Notes: a model not told the origin generated them from the sequence alone. A stretch of DNA of 64,000 nucleotides from Gammaproteobacteria bacterium (GCA_016195665.1 JACPZD010000009.1:12915-76914); one strand, 5' to 3'. Shown: positions 36,387-47,139, counted from the stretch's first letter. Numbers and translations are program-made.

Positions 36387-37285
36387 TGTGTACGACATGC
36401 GGTTGTTCAAATATGGAGGGAGTCATCATCACTGACCCGGCAAGCGGTGCAATGCGGATACTCACAAAAGCTGAGCGCGATCACATGCATGCCGAAGGCC
36501 ACCCTGGACACCCCCACGCTCATACTGCGATCTACGCACCCGCCCATACGCACCCGCATACGCATGAGGCGGTGGTGGAAGCGATTCCCGCGGCGCTGCA
36601 CGGAACCACCATCGCGCTGGAACAGGAGATTCTGTCCAAGAACCGGCGTATCGCCGAGCGTAATCGTGGCTGGCTTTCCAGCCGGGGCGTACTCGCGCTG
36701 AACCTCGTGAGCTCGCCGGGATCGGGCAAGACCTCGCTGCTCGAGCGCACCCTCCGCGATCTGAGAGGCCGCGTTACAATGTCGGTCATCGAGGGCGACC
36801 AGGAAACCATGAACGACGCCGAACGCATCCGCGCCACGGGTTGCAAGGCGATCCAGATCAACACCGGTAAGGGCTGCCACCTGGAGGCGGAAATAGTGGG
36901 CGAGGCGCTGGCCGCGCTCGACGCACCTGCGGATTCGGTGGTGATGATCGAGAACGTCGGCAATCTCGTATGTCCGGCGCTATTCGATCTGGGTGAGCGG
37001 GCGAAGATCGTAATCCTCTCAGTGACGGAGGGCGACGACAAGCCGCTCAAGTATCCGCACATGTTCCACGCCTCCGAACTTATGCTCATCAACAAGATGG
37101 ACCTCCTGCCGTATGTGGATTTCGATGTCGAGAGGTGCATCGCCAATGCACGACAGGTGAATCCGAACATCCAGGCGCTGCGCGTGTCGGCAACGACCGG
37201 CGCAGGCATGGAAGACTGGTACCATTGGCTGCAAGACCTGCTGCATTCGTCGCAAATGGGACGACTCGTGCACTCCGCGGTATGA
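36386..37285 (+). CDS. hypB: Nickel-binding GTPase HypB
   Basis: MCTTCGCS N-terminus, a His-rich stretch (HMHAEGHPGHPHAHTAIYAPAHTHPHTHE) and a GSGKT P-loop. Confidence 0.92.
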   Translation: MCTTCGCSNMEGVIITDPASGAMRILTKAERDHMHAEGHPGHPHAHTAIYAPAHTHPHTHEAVVEAIPAALHGTTIALEQEILSKNRRIAERNRGWLSSRGVLALNLVSSPGSGKTSLLERTLRDLRGRVTMSVIEGDQETMNDAERIRATGCKAIQINTGKGCHLEAEIVGEALAALDAPADSVVMIENVGNLVCPALFDLGERAKIVILSVTEGDDKPLKYPHMFHASELMLINKMDLLPYVDFDVERCIANARQVNPNIQALRVSATTGAGMEDWYHWLQDLLHSSQMGRLVHSAV

Positions 37286-37998
37286 CGCTCGCGAGCATCC
37301 TGCTCATAGGCGTGCTGCTCGGCATGAAGCACGCCCTCGAAGCCGACCACATCGCCGCAGTGGCCAGCCTCGCCACCCGGCACACGAGGGTAGCCGACGT
37401 CGTGCGTCAGGGCGTGGTATGGGGGATGGGGCACACCATAACCCTGATGACCGTTTGCGGTGGCGTGCTGCTGATAGGCGCCGCGATACCCGTACATTTC
37501 GCGCAGGGATTGGAAATCGCTGTCGGAATCATGCTCATCGGTTTGGGGAGCGAAGTTCTGTGGCGGTTGCGGCGCGCACGCATTCATTTTCACGCCCATC
37601 GGCACTTCGGCCGAGTCCACCTACACGCCCATTCGCACAAGGGCGAGAGCGAGCACAAGTATTCACTGCACCAGCATGAGCACGCCAAGCGGCTGCCGAT
37701 GCGGCCGTTGGCCGTGGGCATGATGCATGGGCTCGCAGGTTCCGCCGTGCTCGTACTCCTCAGCCTCGAGGCGATTCATTCGCCGGCGTGGGGCGTGGTC
37801 TACATCGCGCTCTTCGGCGTCGGCTCGATCGTTGGCATGGCCGTGCTATCGGTGGTGATCGGCATTTCGCTGCGGCTTTCCGCCGCGTATCTCAGCCGCG
37901 CGCATAGCCTCCTGAACGCGGGCGTCGGTGTAGCCACGGTTCTTATCGGCGCGCATCTTATCTACCATATCGCGGTGATCGAACGGCTCTTGATTTAG
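37282..37998 (+). CDS. UreH/NiCoT-related nickel (cobalt) permease
   Basis: GMKHALEADHIAAV signature, several TM helices and a His-rich loop (HFHAHRHFGRVHLHAHSHKGESEH). ATGA overlap with hypB. Confidence 0.65.
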   Translation: MTLASILLIGVLLGMKHALEADHIAAVASLATRHTRVADVVRQGVVWGMGHTITLMTVCGGVLLIGAAIPVHFAQGLEIAVGIMLIGLGSEVLWRLRRARIHFHAHRHFGRVHLHAHSHKGESEHKYSLHQHEHAKRLPMRPLAVGMMHGLAGSAVLVLLSLEAIHSPAWGVVYIALFGVGSIVGMAVLSVVIGISLRLSAAYLSRAHSLLNAGVGVATVLIGAHLIYHIAVIERLLI

Positions 37999-38133
37999 CT
38001 GCGTCGTTGACTCCGTCTAAACGTAGGGCATAGTCCGCTATACGGGCGCCCCACTCCTAAAAGAGCGCAATAAATCTCCGGCCTTATACAAACTGCTCTG
38101 TATGCCTGCCTTGGTCTAGATTATCATCACATT

Positions 38134-39492
38134 ATGTCTGAACCCCTGTTAATACTTGCTCCGGAACGAGAGGTCTATACCATCTCGCGCCTCAACCAGG
38201 AGGTGCGCGCACTGCTGGAGGGCCATTTCCCGCTGCTTTGGGTTGAGGGGGAGATTTCCAACCTTGCCCGGCCCTCCTCCGGGCACCTGTATTTTGCCCT
38301 CAAGGACGAGCAGGCTCAGGTGCGCTGCGCCTTATTCCGCATGCGTAATCGGAATCTGGGTTTTATCCCGGACAATGGCATGCAGGTGCTGGTGCGGGCG
38401 CGCGTAAGCCTGTATGAGGGCCGGGGCGAGTTTCAACTTATCGTTGAAGAGATTGAGCAGGCGGGTGATGGCGCGCTGCGCCGCGCCTTCGAGTTGCTCA
38501 AACAGCGTCTGGCCGCGCAAGGCTTGTTCGATGCCGCGCATAAACGTCCCCTGCCCCGTTTGCCGCGGCGTATCGGTGTCATTACCTCACCCACCGGGGC
38601 GGCGATCCGCGACATCTTGACGACGCTGCGCCGCCGCTTTCCCTCCATCCCGGTTTTGATCTATCCGGTTCCCGTACAAGGTGCGGGCGCGGCGGACAAG
38701 ATCGCACGGGCGATCCGCCTTGCCTCTGAAAGGGCGGACTGTGATGTGCTCATTGTGGCGCGTGGCGGCGGTTCTCTGGAAGACTTGTGGGCCTTCAATG
38801 AAGAGGTGGTGGCCCACGCGGTCTACGACTGCCGAATCCCGCTGGTGGCGGGGATAGGGCATGAGACCGACATCACCATAGCAGACTTTATCGCCGATCA
38901 GCGCGCCGCCACGCCGACCGCCGCTGCCGAGCTGGCCAGCCCGGACGCAACGGAATGGATACAACAGTTTGTCCGTTACCAACGGCGGCTGGCCACACTG
39001 ATGCAGACCCAAATCAAGTATCACCACCAAGCCCTGCATGGACTGGCGCAGCGGGTGCAACACCCTCGACAACTGCTGTTCAGACAGGCGCAGCGTTTGG
39101 ACGAGCTGGAGCAGCGTCTGCAACACGCCCGGCGGGTGTTCTATCGGCATGCCGCTTCGCGTTTGGCGGAGCTTAAGGCACACCTGCAACGCCACAGTCC
39201 CATGCAGCGTCTCATCCAGGCTCATCTTGCCTGTGATCACCTGAGCCAACGTCTGCGTGCCTCGCTCAGCCTCCTTGTGGAACGGCGGCGCGGGCAACTG
39301 ACCTCCGTCAGCCGCGCCCTGGATGCCGTAAGCCCCCTGGCCACCCTCGGCCGCGGCTATGCCATTATTAAACGCCAGCCCGATGGCCGCTTGGTGCGTA
39401 CGGCCAGGGATGTCGCTGTCGGTGATCGCATTGAAGCAAGATTGGCGCAGGGGAGTCTTCTGTGCAGTGTTGATAAAATACATGAGAAATAG
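38134..39492 (+). CDS. xseA: Exodeoxyribonuclease VII large subunit
   Basis: VYTISRLNQEVRALLEGHFPLLWVEGEISNL... Confidence 0.93.
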   Translation: MSEPLLILAPEREVYTISRLNQEVRALLEGHFPLLWVEGEISNLARPSSGHLYFALKDEQAQVRCALFRMRNRNLGFIPDNGMQVLVRARVSLYEGRGEFQLIVEEIEQAGDGALRRAFELLKQRLAAQGLFDAAHKRPLPRLPRRIGVITSPTGAAIRDILTTLRRRFPSIPVLIYPVPVQGAGAADKIARAIRLASERADCDVLIVARGGGSLEDLWAFNEEVVAHAVYDCRIPLVAGIGHETDITIADFIADQRAATPTAAAELASPDATEWIQQFVRYQRRLATLMQTQIKYHHQALHGLAQRVQHPRQLLFRQAQRLDELEQRLQHARRVFYRHAASRLAELKAHLQRHSPMQRLIQAHLACDHLSQRLRASLSLLVERRRGQLTSVSRALDAVSPLATLGRGYAIIKRQPDGRLVRTARDVAVGDRIEARLAQGSLLCSVDKIHEK

Positions 39493-40327
39493 ATTATTAC
39501 TTATTGTTTTTATTTTATTTTTTATAAGAATAAGCCACGCGGATACGCTGCCGCAAACCAGCCCCGTGCCGGGTGGCGTGGCCGTCATACCCCTTGCAAC
39601 CAAGAGTCAGGCCCCTCCCCTCGTCCGCTACGATCAGAAACGGGTCATGGTGCTGCGCACCGAAGGGCGCTGGCAGGCGGTCGTCGGCATCCCTTTGGGT
39701 GCACAGCCTGGCATCCATCACCTGGAGGTCGCAGCGGCCAAAAAGACCCGCAGGATTCCTTTCACTGTTAAGGATAAACAGTACGCAACCCAGCGTCTCA
39801 CCATAACGGACCGGCGCAAGGTGGAGCCCACCCCGGAAGACCTGGCGCGCATCGAGCAGGAGAATAAAAAGATTAGTGCTGCGCTGGCCACCTGGAACGA
39901 CGCCGGCGTAATCCCGGCCGGCTTCTCGCTGCCGGTGGTTGACGGAAAACCCGGCAACAGCTTCGGCATGCGCCGCATTTTCAATGGCCAGGCGCGCAAA
40001 CCTCATAGCGGGATGGACATCTCCGCCGACAGCGGCGCCCCCGTGCTATCCCCGGCGCCGGGAACGGTCATCATGACCGGCGATTATTTTTTTACCGGCA
40101 ACAGCGTTTTCGTGGACCACGGTCAGGGCCTGATCACGCTATACTGCCATCTCGAACAGATTCAGGTCCAGCCTGGCCAGGCTCTTGAACGTGGCGACCG
40201 CATCGGCAAGGTAGGCATGACCGGCCGCGCCACCGGACCGCATCTGCACTGGGGGGTGTCCCTGAATCAGGTATCGGTGAATCCTGCATTATTCTTGCAA
40301 GGCTACGGCGAAGTGTCTGGCCACTAG
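39482..40327 (+). CDS. M23-family metallopeptidase with a signal peptide
   Basis: HSGMDISA...DHGQGLITLYCHL...GPHLHW. Confidence 0.85.
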   Translation: MRNRLLLIVFILFFIRISHADTLPQTSPVPGGVAVIPLATKSQAPPLVRYDQKRVMVLRTEGRWQAVVGIPLGAQPGIHHLEVAAAKKTRRIPFTVKDKQYATQRLTITDRRKVEPTPEDLARIEQENKKISAALATWNDAGVIPAGFSLPVVDGKPGNSFGMRRIFNGQARKPHSGMDISADSGAPVLSPAPGTVIMTGDYFFTGNSVFVDHGQGLITLYCHLEQIQVQPGQALERGDRIGKVGMTGRATGPHLHWGVSLNQVSVNPALFLQGYGEVSGH

Positions 40328-40416
40328 CCCGGTTACACGAACCGTTCTGGCATGTTGTTTGCCTCTAGTTTATGCAATAATAATCACGTTATTGATAATT
40401 AAAGAACAAGAAATTC

Positions 40417-41181
40417 ATGACCGGCGATTACTCATCTTGGCGCAGCCTGAACTGGGCTTTGGCCGTTATGCTTGGGCTGCTATCGGGCTGCGCGACGCTG
40501 CAAAGCACCGAGGAAGACCGCGATCCCTTGGAGGGCGTCAATCGGGGGATATACACTTTCAATGAAAATGTAGACAAGGCGGTCGTCAAACCTCTTGCCA
40601 CCGTATACCGCGACGCCGTTCCGGAATTCGTCAGGACGGGCGTGGCGAATTTCTTCGGTAATCTCGCTTATCCCATCGTGATAGTGAATGACATGCTGCA
40701 AGGAAAAATCACCCAGGGATTGGATGATACGAGCCGCTTCATCACGAACTCCACTTTCGGCCTGCTGGGCCTCCTGGATGTCGCCACGCCCGCGGGCATG
40801 CCGACACATAACGAGGACTTCGGACAGACCTTAGGGGTATGGGGTTTCGGTGAGGGCGTTTATATCGTGCTGCCGTTGCTTGGGCCGAGCAACTTGCGTG
40901 ACTCGGTGGGGCTGGCGGCCGATTATCAGATGGACATACTGAATTACCACAGCGACATGAGTCAACGCAACGTCGCCCGTGGGGGCAGAGCTATAGATAC
41001 GCGCTCGCGTCTGCTCGGCGCGAGTCGGGTCTTCGAAGAAGCCGCAGCGTTCGATCCCTACGGCTTCGCCCGCGAGGCCTATCGTCAGCGGCGCGCGAAT
41101 CTGATTAGAGATAACGGCGGCGCGCCAGCGGATGAATTTTTTGAAGAAGAACCCCCCGCTGACATGGCGCCCAAGAAATAG
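40417..41181 (+). CDS. mlaA: MlaA/VacJ outer-membrane lipoprotein
   Basis: LLSGC lipobox and DPLEGVNRGIYTFNENVDKAVVKP. Confidence 0.88.
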   Translation: MTGDYSSWRSLNWALAVMLGLLSGCATLQSTEEDRDPLEGVNRGIYTFNENVDKAVVKPLATVYRDAVPEFVRTGVANFFGNLAYPIVIVNDMLQGKITQGLDDTSRFITNSTFGLLGLLDVATPAGMPTHNEDFGQTLGVWGFGEGVYIVLPLLGPSNLRDSVGLAADYQMDILNYHSDMSQRNVARGGRAIDTRSRLLGASRVFEEAAAFDPYGFAREAYRQRRANLIRDNGGAPADEFFEEEPPADMAPKK

Positions 41182-41222
41182 CATCTTAGGCTCTCCACAA
41201 CGCCGTTTATAACAAACGATTC

Positions 41223-41284
41223 ACCACGGAGGACGCAGAGAAAAATCAAACAGGGTGAACGTATACCTCTGCGTCCTCTGCGGT
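41223..41284. repeat. REP inverted pair, TACCGCAGAGGACGCAGAG family
   Basis: Arms 41223-41240 and 41267-41284. Confidence 0.7.
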
Positions 41285-41321
41285 AAATGTAGTTTTATTG
41301 AAAGCTATTTATAACGAATCG

Positions 41322-42713
41322 TTAGCTCTTCGCGTGCCTCATCAGCCGTTTGCGTTTTGTGCGCTGGCGTTCCGTAAGAACACTCTTACGTCCTTTATAC
41401 GGATTCTCGCTTGACTTGAATTCCACCCTCACCGGCGTGCCTTCCAATCCAAGCGCATCACGCAAGCTGTTGGCGAGATAGCGCCGGTAGGATTCCGGCA
41501 CATCTTCCGTTTGGTTGCCGTGGATGACCACCAACGGCGGATTGTGACCCCCTTGGTGCGCATAACGCAGCTTGATGCGCCGTCCGCGCACCAGCGGCGG
41601 CGGATGGGCAACCACCACCTTTTCCAAGATACGGGAGAGTTGCGGAGTAGAAAGTTTTTTACTGGCCGAGACATAGGCCCTGTCCACCGAACCGAACAAA
41701 TTGGCCACGCCCGTGCCGCGCAACGCAGAAATAAAATGGATCTTGGCAAAATCCAGGAACGACAACTTGCGGTCGAGTTCCTGCTTTACACGGCTGCGTT
41801 GTTCAAGGTCCAGCCCATCCCATTTATTGACGGCGAGCACCAGCGCCCTGCCCTCTTCCCACACAAAGCCCAGCAAACTTGCGTCTTGATCGGTAATGCC
41901 TTGCTGGGCATCCAGCACCAGAATCACCACGTGCGCATCCGCAATCGCCTGCAGCGTTTTAATCACGCTGAATTTTTCCACTGCTTCGATGACCTTGCCG
42001 CGCCGCCGCACGCCTGCGGTATCAATCAGCGTGTAGTGCTCCCCCTTACGCTCAAAGGGAACATAAATGCTGTCGCGCGTGGTGCCCGGCTGATCGAAGG
42101 CCAATACGCGCTCTTCGCCCAGCATCCGATTTATCAGTGTGGACTTACCCACGTTGGGACGGCCGACGACAGCGACCTTGATTCCCGGAGGCGCTTCTTC
42201 TTCGGCTTCATCAGGCTGCGGCAGGCCGGGTGTAGCCAGCACCGCATTCATGAGTTCCGTCACACCTTCGCCATGCGCAGCGGATATGGCATGAGGATCA
42301 CCCAAACCCAGGCGGTGGAATTCCGCTCCGGCCAGAGCCGTGTTGAGCCCTTCGGTTTTATTCACCACCAGAAAAATCGGCCGGCCCAAACGGCGCAACT
42401 TCGCGGCCAATGACTCATCTTCCGCAGTCATGCCTGTGCGGCCGTCCACCAGAAACAGCGTAGCATCCGCCTCGCGCACCGCAAGCAACGATTGCTGAAC
42501 AACCAATGCCTCCAGCCCCTCTTTTGTCTCACCCAAGCCGCCCGTGTCTATCACCAGACATGAGCGGCCTTCGAGTTCGGCGCCGCCGTACTGACGATCG
42601 CGGGTGAGACCGGGAAAATCAGCCACCAACGCCTCGCGCGAACGCGTGAGGCGATTAAACAACGTAGACTTACCGACGTTAGGCCGGCCGACCAAAGCGA
42701 TGACGGGTTTCAT
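41322..42713 (-). CDS. der: Ribosome-associated GTPase Der (EngA)
   Basis: Two GTPase domains ([14 protein letters not shown] and [14 protein letters not shown]) plus a KH-like C-terminus. Confidence 0.95.
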   Translation of the reverse strand: MKPVIALVGRPNVGKSTLFNRLTRSREALVADFPGLTRDRQYGGAELEGRSCLVIDTGGLGETKEGLEALVVQQSLLAVREADATLFLVDGRTGMTAEDESLAAKLRRLGRPIFLVVNKTEGLNTALAGAEFHRLGLGDPHAISAAHGEGVTELMNAVLATPGLPQPDEAEEEAPPGIKVAVVGRPNVGKSTLINRMLGEERVLAFDQPGTTRDSIYVPFERKGEHYTLIDTAGVRRRGKVIEAVEKFSVIKTLQAIADAHVVILVLDAQQGITDQDASLLGFVWEEGRALVLAVNKWDGLDLEQRSRVKQELDRKLSFLDFAKIHFISALRGTGVANLFGSVDRAYVSASKKLSTPQLSRILEKVVVAHPPPLVRGRRIKLRYAHQGGHNPPLVVIHGNQTEDVPESYRRYLANSLRDALGLEGTPVRVEFKSSENPYKGRKSVLTERQRTKRKRLMRHAKS

Positions 42714-42818
42714 AGTATGTTACTTTATCGGTAGGATTTCGAAATTGGGCTGAGATATTGATATACTGAATACTGCTTCTAAGCAAATGGAGACTGAAGT
42801 CATACCAGGAGGTCAATC

Positions 42819-43151
42819 ATGCCTATAGAGCAAGCGCCTATTATTTCACAGTGGTACAAACATCTCGATAAAGGTTACAAGTTTCAAGTGACGGCCGTGG
42901 ATGATGATGGAGGAACCGTCGAGCTGCAGCACTTTGACGGTGATTTAGAAGAAATAGATATAGATAGTTGGCATGCGATGGACATCGAGCCCATTGAGCC
43001 GCCTGAGGACTGGACAGGGCCGATGGACGACATTGAACGCGACGACCTCGGTTATTCTGAAACCGACATGACGGGTGAAGATTGGGGAGAACCGCTCCGC
43101 GATGTGGGTAAAGACCCCAAAGAGGAGGAGGGCGAAGGCACTGAACGTTGA
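42819..43151 (+). CDS. Small, highly acidic hypothetical protein
   Basis: 110-aa ORF preceded by a GGAGG Shine-Dalgarno. No family recognised. Confidence 0.45.
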   Translation: MPIEQAPIISQWYKHLDKGYKFQVTAVDDDGGTVELQHFDGDLEEIDIDSWHAMDIEPIEPPEDWTGPMDDIERDDLGYSETDMTGEDWGEPLRDVGKDPKEEEGEGTER

Positions 43152-43175
43152 TGGATCGGCGGCATGCTGGCTTAC

Positions 43176-43898
43176 TTATATTTTGCTACTATGTTCGTCA
43201 AGGAGTTTCAGCAATCGGTCAGGCGGGACATAACCCGGCAATAAACTGCCGTCTTCGAGCACCAGTGTCGGTGTTCCGGTCACTCCAATCTTTTTACCCA
43301 TCTCAAATTCCTGCTTGACGGGGTTCGGGCAGGTCTTGGCCTCGACAGGCTTGTCAACCTTGGCGTCAGTAATCGCCTGATTACGATCCTTGGCGCACCA
43401 CACCGAGACGGCCTTGTCGTAAGAAGGCGAATCTATCCCGGTGCGCGGAAAGGCCAGGTAACGCACCTGTATGCCCAGTTGGTTGTATTGGGCGATCTCG
43501 CTGTGCATCTTCCTGCAAAAGCCGCAGTCAATATCCGTAAAAACGGTAATGGTGTGTTTGACCTGTTTCGGCTCAAATACGATCATGTTGCCCACCGGCA
43601 CCGTGCTTAACAACTTGAGCCGCGCCTGACCGCGCTTGTCCTCAGTGAGATTTTTTTCCACACTCAGGTCCACCACGTCTCCTTGCAGCATGTAGCGGCC
43701 GTCTTTCGAGATGTAAAAGATCATCGTGCCGTAGGTGACTTCAAAATAGCCTGGGATGGGAGATAAACCGATGCTGTCCGGTTTTTGGTCGGGCAGCAGT
43801 TCGGCGAGCCGCTTGTTGATGTCAACATTGTCTTCGGCAACCGCTAGAACAGGTAAGCTTAACAACGCGGCCAGCACCATGAAACGTAATGTACTCAT
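43176..43898 (-). CDS. dsbC: Thiol:disulfide interchange protein DsbC
   Basis: Signal peptide and DIDCGFCRKMH active site. Neighbour of xerD, as in enterobacteria. Confidence 0.85.
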   Translation of the reverse strand: MSTLRFMVLAALLSLPVLAVAEDNVDINKRLAELLPDQKPDSIGLSPIPGYFEVTYGTMIFYISKDGRYMLQGDVVDLSVEKNLTEDKRGQARLKLLSTVPVGNMIVFEPKQVKHTITVFTDIDCGFCRKMHSEIAQYNQLGIQVRYLAFPRTGIDSPSYDKAVSVWCAKDRNQAITDAKVDKPVEAKTCPNPVKQEFEMGKKIGVTGTPTLVLEDGSLLPGYVPPDRLLKLLDEHSSKI

Positions 43899-43914
43899 AA
43901 GCTTCTCCACGTTG

Positions 43915-44397
43915 TTAATCACGAAAGTTAATATATTGTAGCGGAAGTCCAACCTTGGCATTACGCAACAAGACGATGACGTCTTGCAGATCATCCCGTT
44001 TTTTGCCGGTGACGCGCACCTGTTCCCCTTGAATTGCGGTCTGTACCTTGAGCTTGCTGTCCTTGATTAACCGGCTGACCTTTTTGGCCGTCTCGGCATC
44101 AATCCCTTGCCGGAGGGTATTTTTTTGCAGTGCCTTGGAACCACTTGTCTCGATCTTGCCTTCCTCAAGGCATTCCAAATCTATACTAGATTTGACCAGT
44201 TTGCCACGCAAAATATCCATAATCTGTTTTATTTGAAACTCGTTGTCGGCATGCAGGGTGAGCACATTTTTGGCCTGCTCGACCTCGGCGCCGGTGCCTT
44301 TAAAATCAAAGCGTGTCGAGATCTCACGGTTGGTCTGATCCACCGCGTTGGTGAGTTCGTGCATGTTGATTTCAGAGACGATGTCGAAGGAAGGCAT
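43915..44397 (-). CDS. yajQ: YajQ-family nucleotide-binding protein (UPF0234)
   Basis: MPSFDIVSEINMHELTNAVDQTNREISTRFDFKG. Confidence 0.9.
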   Translation of the reverse strand: MPSFDIVSEINMHELTNAVDQTNREISTRFDFKGTGAEVEQAKNVLTLHADNEFQIKQIMDILRGKLVKSSIDLECLEEGKIETSGSKALQKNTLRQGIDAETAKKVSRLIKDSKLKVQTAIQGEQVRVTGKKRDDLQDVIVLLRNAKVGLPLQYINFRD

Positions 44398-44437
44398 GGT
44401 TTTCAGCCAAGTACGTTGCAGGCCAAGATAACTGATT

Positions 44438-44494
44438 CCTTTGCGCCCTCAGCGGTAAAAGATATAAACCTTTCTACCGCAGAGGACGCGGAGG
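44438..44494. repeat. REP inverted pair, same family as 41223
   Basis: Arms 44438-44459 and 44474-44494. Confidence 0.6.
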
Positions 44495-44514
44495 AAAATC
44501 GAAAACGCATCGTG

Positions 44515-45450
44515 TCAGCCTCGTGGATGATGATGGGCATGGAGGTCTTTCAGGCGCTCTCGTGCAATATGAGTATAAATTTGTGTGGTGGATAAGTCAC
44601 TGTGTCCGAGCAGCAGTTGTACCACACGCAGGTCGGCGCCGTGGTTGAGCAGGTGGGTCGCGAAGGCGTGCCGCAGGGTGTGTGGCGAGAGGTGTTTGGT
44701 GATTCCCGCTCGCTGCGCATGATAACGGATACGATACCAGAAGGCCTGGCGCGATAGCACCCCACCCTGCCGGCCCGGAAAGAGCATCGAACTGGTATGC
44801 CCGCGCGCGAGTTCCGGGCGCGCCGTCTGCATGTAGCGCTCCAGCCACGCCGCGGCCTCTTCGCCGAACGGCACCAGGCGCTCTTTGTTCCCTTTGCCTG
44901 TAATGCGCACCACACCCTGGCGTAGATTGACCTGATTGAATGTGAGCGAGACCAGTTCCGTGACCCGCAGGCCACAGGCATAAAGCAGCTCCAGCATGGC
45001 CCGGTCGCGCAGGCCTAGCGGATCTTCTATAACCGGCGCCGCCAGCAAGGTCTCGACCTCTTCCTCGGTAAGTAATTTCGGCAGCGGGCGGCCCAGCTTG
45101 GGCGCGGCGATACGCGCACTGGGGTCTTCCGTTATCTTGCCCTCGCGCGTGAGGTATTGGTAAAAGCGGCGCAGTGCGGAGAGCAGGCGCGCGGTGGAGC
45201 GCGGACTGAAGTCGCTGCGTGTGCGTGCGGCGAGATAATCCAGCAAATCCGCACGCTGCGCGTTGACTAGATCCCTGTTACGACTGTTTAACCAGCCCGC
45301 CAGGATTTGCAGATCGGTGCGGTAGGCGCTGCGGGTATGTTCACTGAGTCCGCGTTCCAGCCACAGCGCGTCTACCACCGTGTCTATAAGCCGCGCATCC
45401 GGTCCGCTGATGCCGCCACCGTGCGCAGCGGCGTCAGGCACGCGACTCAT
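44515..45450 (-). CDS. xerD: Tyrosine recombinase XerD
   Basis: ALWLERGLSEHT...GKGNKERLVP...LRHAFATHLLNHGADLRVVQLLLGHSDLSTTQIYTH. Confidence 0.92.
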   Translation of the reverse strand: MSRVPDAAAHGGGISGPDARLIDTVVDALWLERGLSEHTRSAYRTDLQILAGWLNSRNRDLVNAQRADLLDYLAARTRSDFSPRSTARLLSALRRFYQYLTREGKITEDPSARIAAPKLGRPLPKLLTEEEVETLLAAPVIEDPLGLRDRAMLELLYACGLRVTELVSLTFNQVNLRQGVVRITGKGNKERLVPFGEEAAAWLERYMQTARPELARGHTSSMLFPGRQGGVLSRQAFWYRIRYHAQRAGITKHLSPHTLRHAFATHLLNHGADLRVVQLLLGHSDLSTTQIYTHIARERLKDLHAHHHPRG

Positions 45451-45922
45451 GCTCCAGCAGCCGACGCTTGATGCCGAGTGAGGAACCCTTCGTCGCCCCT
45501 GAATAGCCGCCCAATCCGTGCGCGGCCAGTACGCGGTGACACGGAATGACTATAGGTATGGGATTGGCACGGCAAGCATTGCCGATAGCGCGCGCGCCGG
45601 TGCCGAGTTGTCTGGCGAGCTCACCATACTGAGCGGTGCGGCCCGCGGGCAGTTTGCGCAGCGCCCGCCAAACGCGGCGCTGGAAGGTAGTACCGGAAAG
45701 ATGCAGTGGAATGGAAAAGCGTGTATGCGGGTCGGAGAAATAGGCCTGAAGCTCGGCAACGATGCGTCGCGCCAAGGGCGAGGCAGGTTTCAGTTCAGAT
45801 CCTTTGGGCGGCAGAAAGTCTATGCTGGACAAGGCGTCCTGCCGGGTATGCACCCCCAGCCTCACATTCAGGCTGGGGATATAGACTACAGCTTCGTAGT
45901 CAGTGCGGGGACGCTTCGTCAC
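45434..45922 (-). CDS. ogt: Methylated-DNA--protein-cysteine methyltransferase
   Basis: IPCHRV active site. Confidence 0.88.
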   Translation of the reverse strand: MTKRPRTDYEAVVYIPSLNVRLGVHTRQDALSSIDFLPPKGSELKPASPLARRIVAELQAYFSDPHTRFSIPLHLSGTTFQRRVWRALRKLPAGRTAQYGELARQLGTGARAIGNACRANPIPIVIPCHRVLAAHGLGGYSGATKGSSLGIKRRLLEHESRA

Positions 45923-45957
45923 GGCGGCTACGATACACCCCTGGCTGGAAGCCGGCC

Positions 45958-46302
45958 TTACAGCTTTTCCTTGATGCGCGCGGCCTTGCCCTGCAGATCG
46001 CGCAGATAATAGAGCTTGGCGCGCCGGACATGTCCGCGCATTTTCACGGAGACGTCTTGGATGCCGGGGCTGTAGGTCTGGAACACGCGCTCCACGCCCT
46101 CGCCATGTGACATCTTGCGCACGGTAAAGCTCGAGTTCAGGCCGCGGTTGCGTTTGGCGATGACGATACCTTCAAAGGCCTGCAGGCGTTCGCGCGCGCC
46201 TTCCTTGACTTTGACCTGAACCACGACCGTGTCGCCGGGGTTAAAGTCTGGGAGTTTGCGGGACATCTGTTCGGCGTCGAGTTGTGCAATGATCTTATTC
46301 AT
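45958..46302 (-). CDS. rplS: 50S ribosomal protein L19
   Basis: [13 protein letters not shown]... Confidence 0.97.
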   Translation of the reverse strand: MNKIIAQLDAEQMSRKLPDFNPGDTVVVQVKVKEGARERLQAFEGIVIAKRNRGLNSSFTVRKMSHGEGVERVFQTYSPGIQDVSVKMRGHVRRAKLYYLRDLQGKAARIKEKL

Positions 46303-47045
46303 GGTCTATCATCCTGTTCTTCAATAAATTCGTTCAACAGTTTCTGCTGTTCCTGGTCCAACTGCAAATACTTTAACAAATCGGGCCGTCTTACCCAGGT
46401 TCGGCCCAGGGCCTGTTTCCGGCGCCAGCGCAGGATGGCCTGGTGATCGCCGCTTAGCAGCACCTCCGGCACCTTTAAGCCTGCGACGTCCTCGGGCCGG
46501 GTATAGTGCGGATACTCCAGCAGACCTCCCGCAAAGGAATCGTCCTGCGCCGAATCTTCATGACCCAGCGCGCCCGGCAGGCGGCGCGTCAGCGCATCTA
46601 CAATAACCATCGCGGCCAGTTCGCCGCCGCTCAACACGTAATCGCCGATGGACCACTCTTGGTCCACTTGTGTGACAATAACGCGCTCATCAATGCCTTC
46701 GTAACGCCCGGCCACCAACACCAGTCCAGACAGCGCAGCGAGTTCATTCACGCCCGATTGATCGAGTCGTCTGCCTTGCGGCGAGAGATAAATGACCCGG
46801 CTGCCCTCGCCCGCCGCCCCTCGCGCCGCGACGATGGCCGCGGACAGAGGCTCCACCCGCATCACCATGCCCGGTCCGCCGCCGTAAGGGCGGTCATCCA
46901 CCGTGCGGTGACGGTCTTCGGTGTAATCCCGAGGATTCCAGCAGCTTAGCCGCACGACGCCTCGGTGCACCGCCCGCCCGGTGACGCCGTAATCGGTCAG
47001 GGCCTTAAACATGTCGGGAAACAGCGTGACGACCGCTATTTCCAC
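46299..47045 (-). CDS. trmD: tRNA (guanine37-N1)-methyltransferase
   Basis: VVTLFPDMF...[13 protein letters not shown]. Confidence 0.97.
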   Translation of the reverse strand: MEIAVVTLFPDMFKALTDYGVTGRAVHRGVVRLSCWNPRDYTEDRHRTVDDRPYGGGPGMVMRVEPLSAAIVAARGAAGEGSRVIYLSPQGRRLDQSGVNELAALSGLVLVAGRYEGIDERVIVTQVDQEWSIGDYVLSGGELAAMVIVDALTRRLPGALGHEDSAQDDSFAGGLLEYPHYTRPEDVAGLKVPEVLLSGDHQAILRWRRKQALGRTWVRRPDLLKYLQLDQEQQKLLNEFIEEQDDRP

Positions 47046-47070
47046 ACTAAGAACTTATCCATAAATAAAT

Positions 47071-47139
47071 TTACCGCAGAGGACGCAGAGGAATGCCCTC
47101 AAGTAGGGTTTGTTTCTCCTCCGCGCCCTCCATGGTGAA
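47071..47139. repeat. REP inverted pair, same family as 41223
   Basis: Arms 47071-47091 and 47118-47139. Confidence 0.65.

Noticed and set aside
42819-43151. The 110-aa acidic protein as an anti-defence or DNA-mimic protein.
   Set aside because: It sits among core genes (der, dsbC) with no mobile context. The acidic composition alone is not evidence, so it is kept as a hypothetical CDS only.
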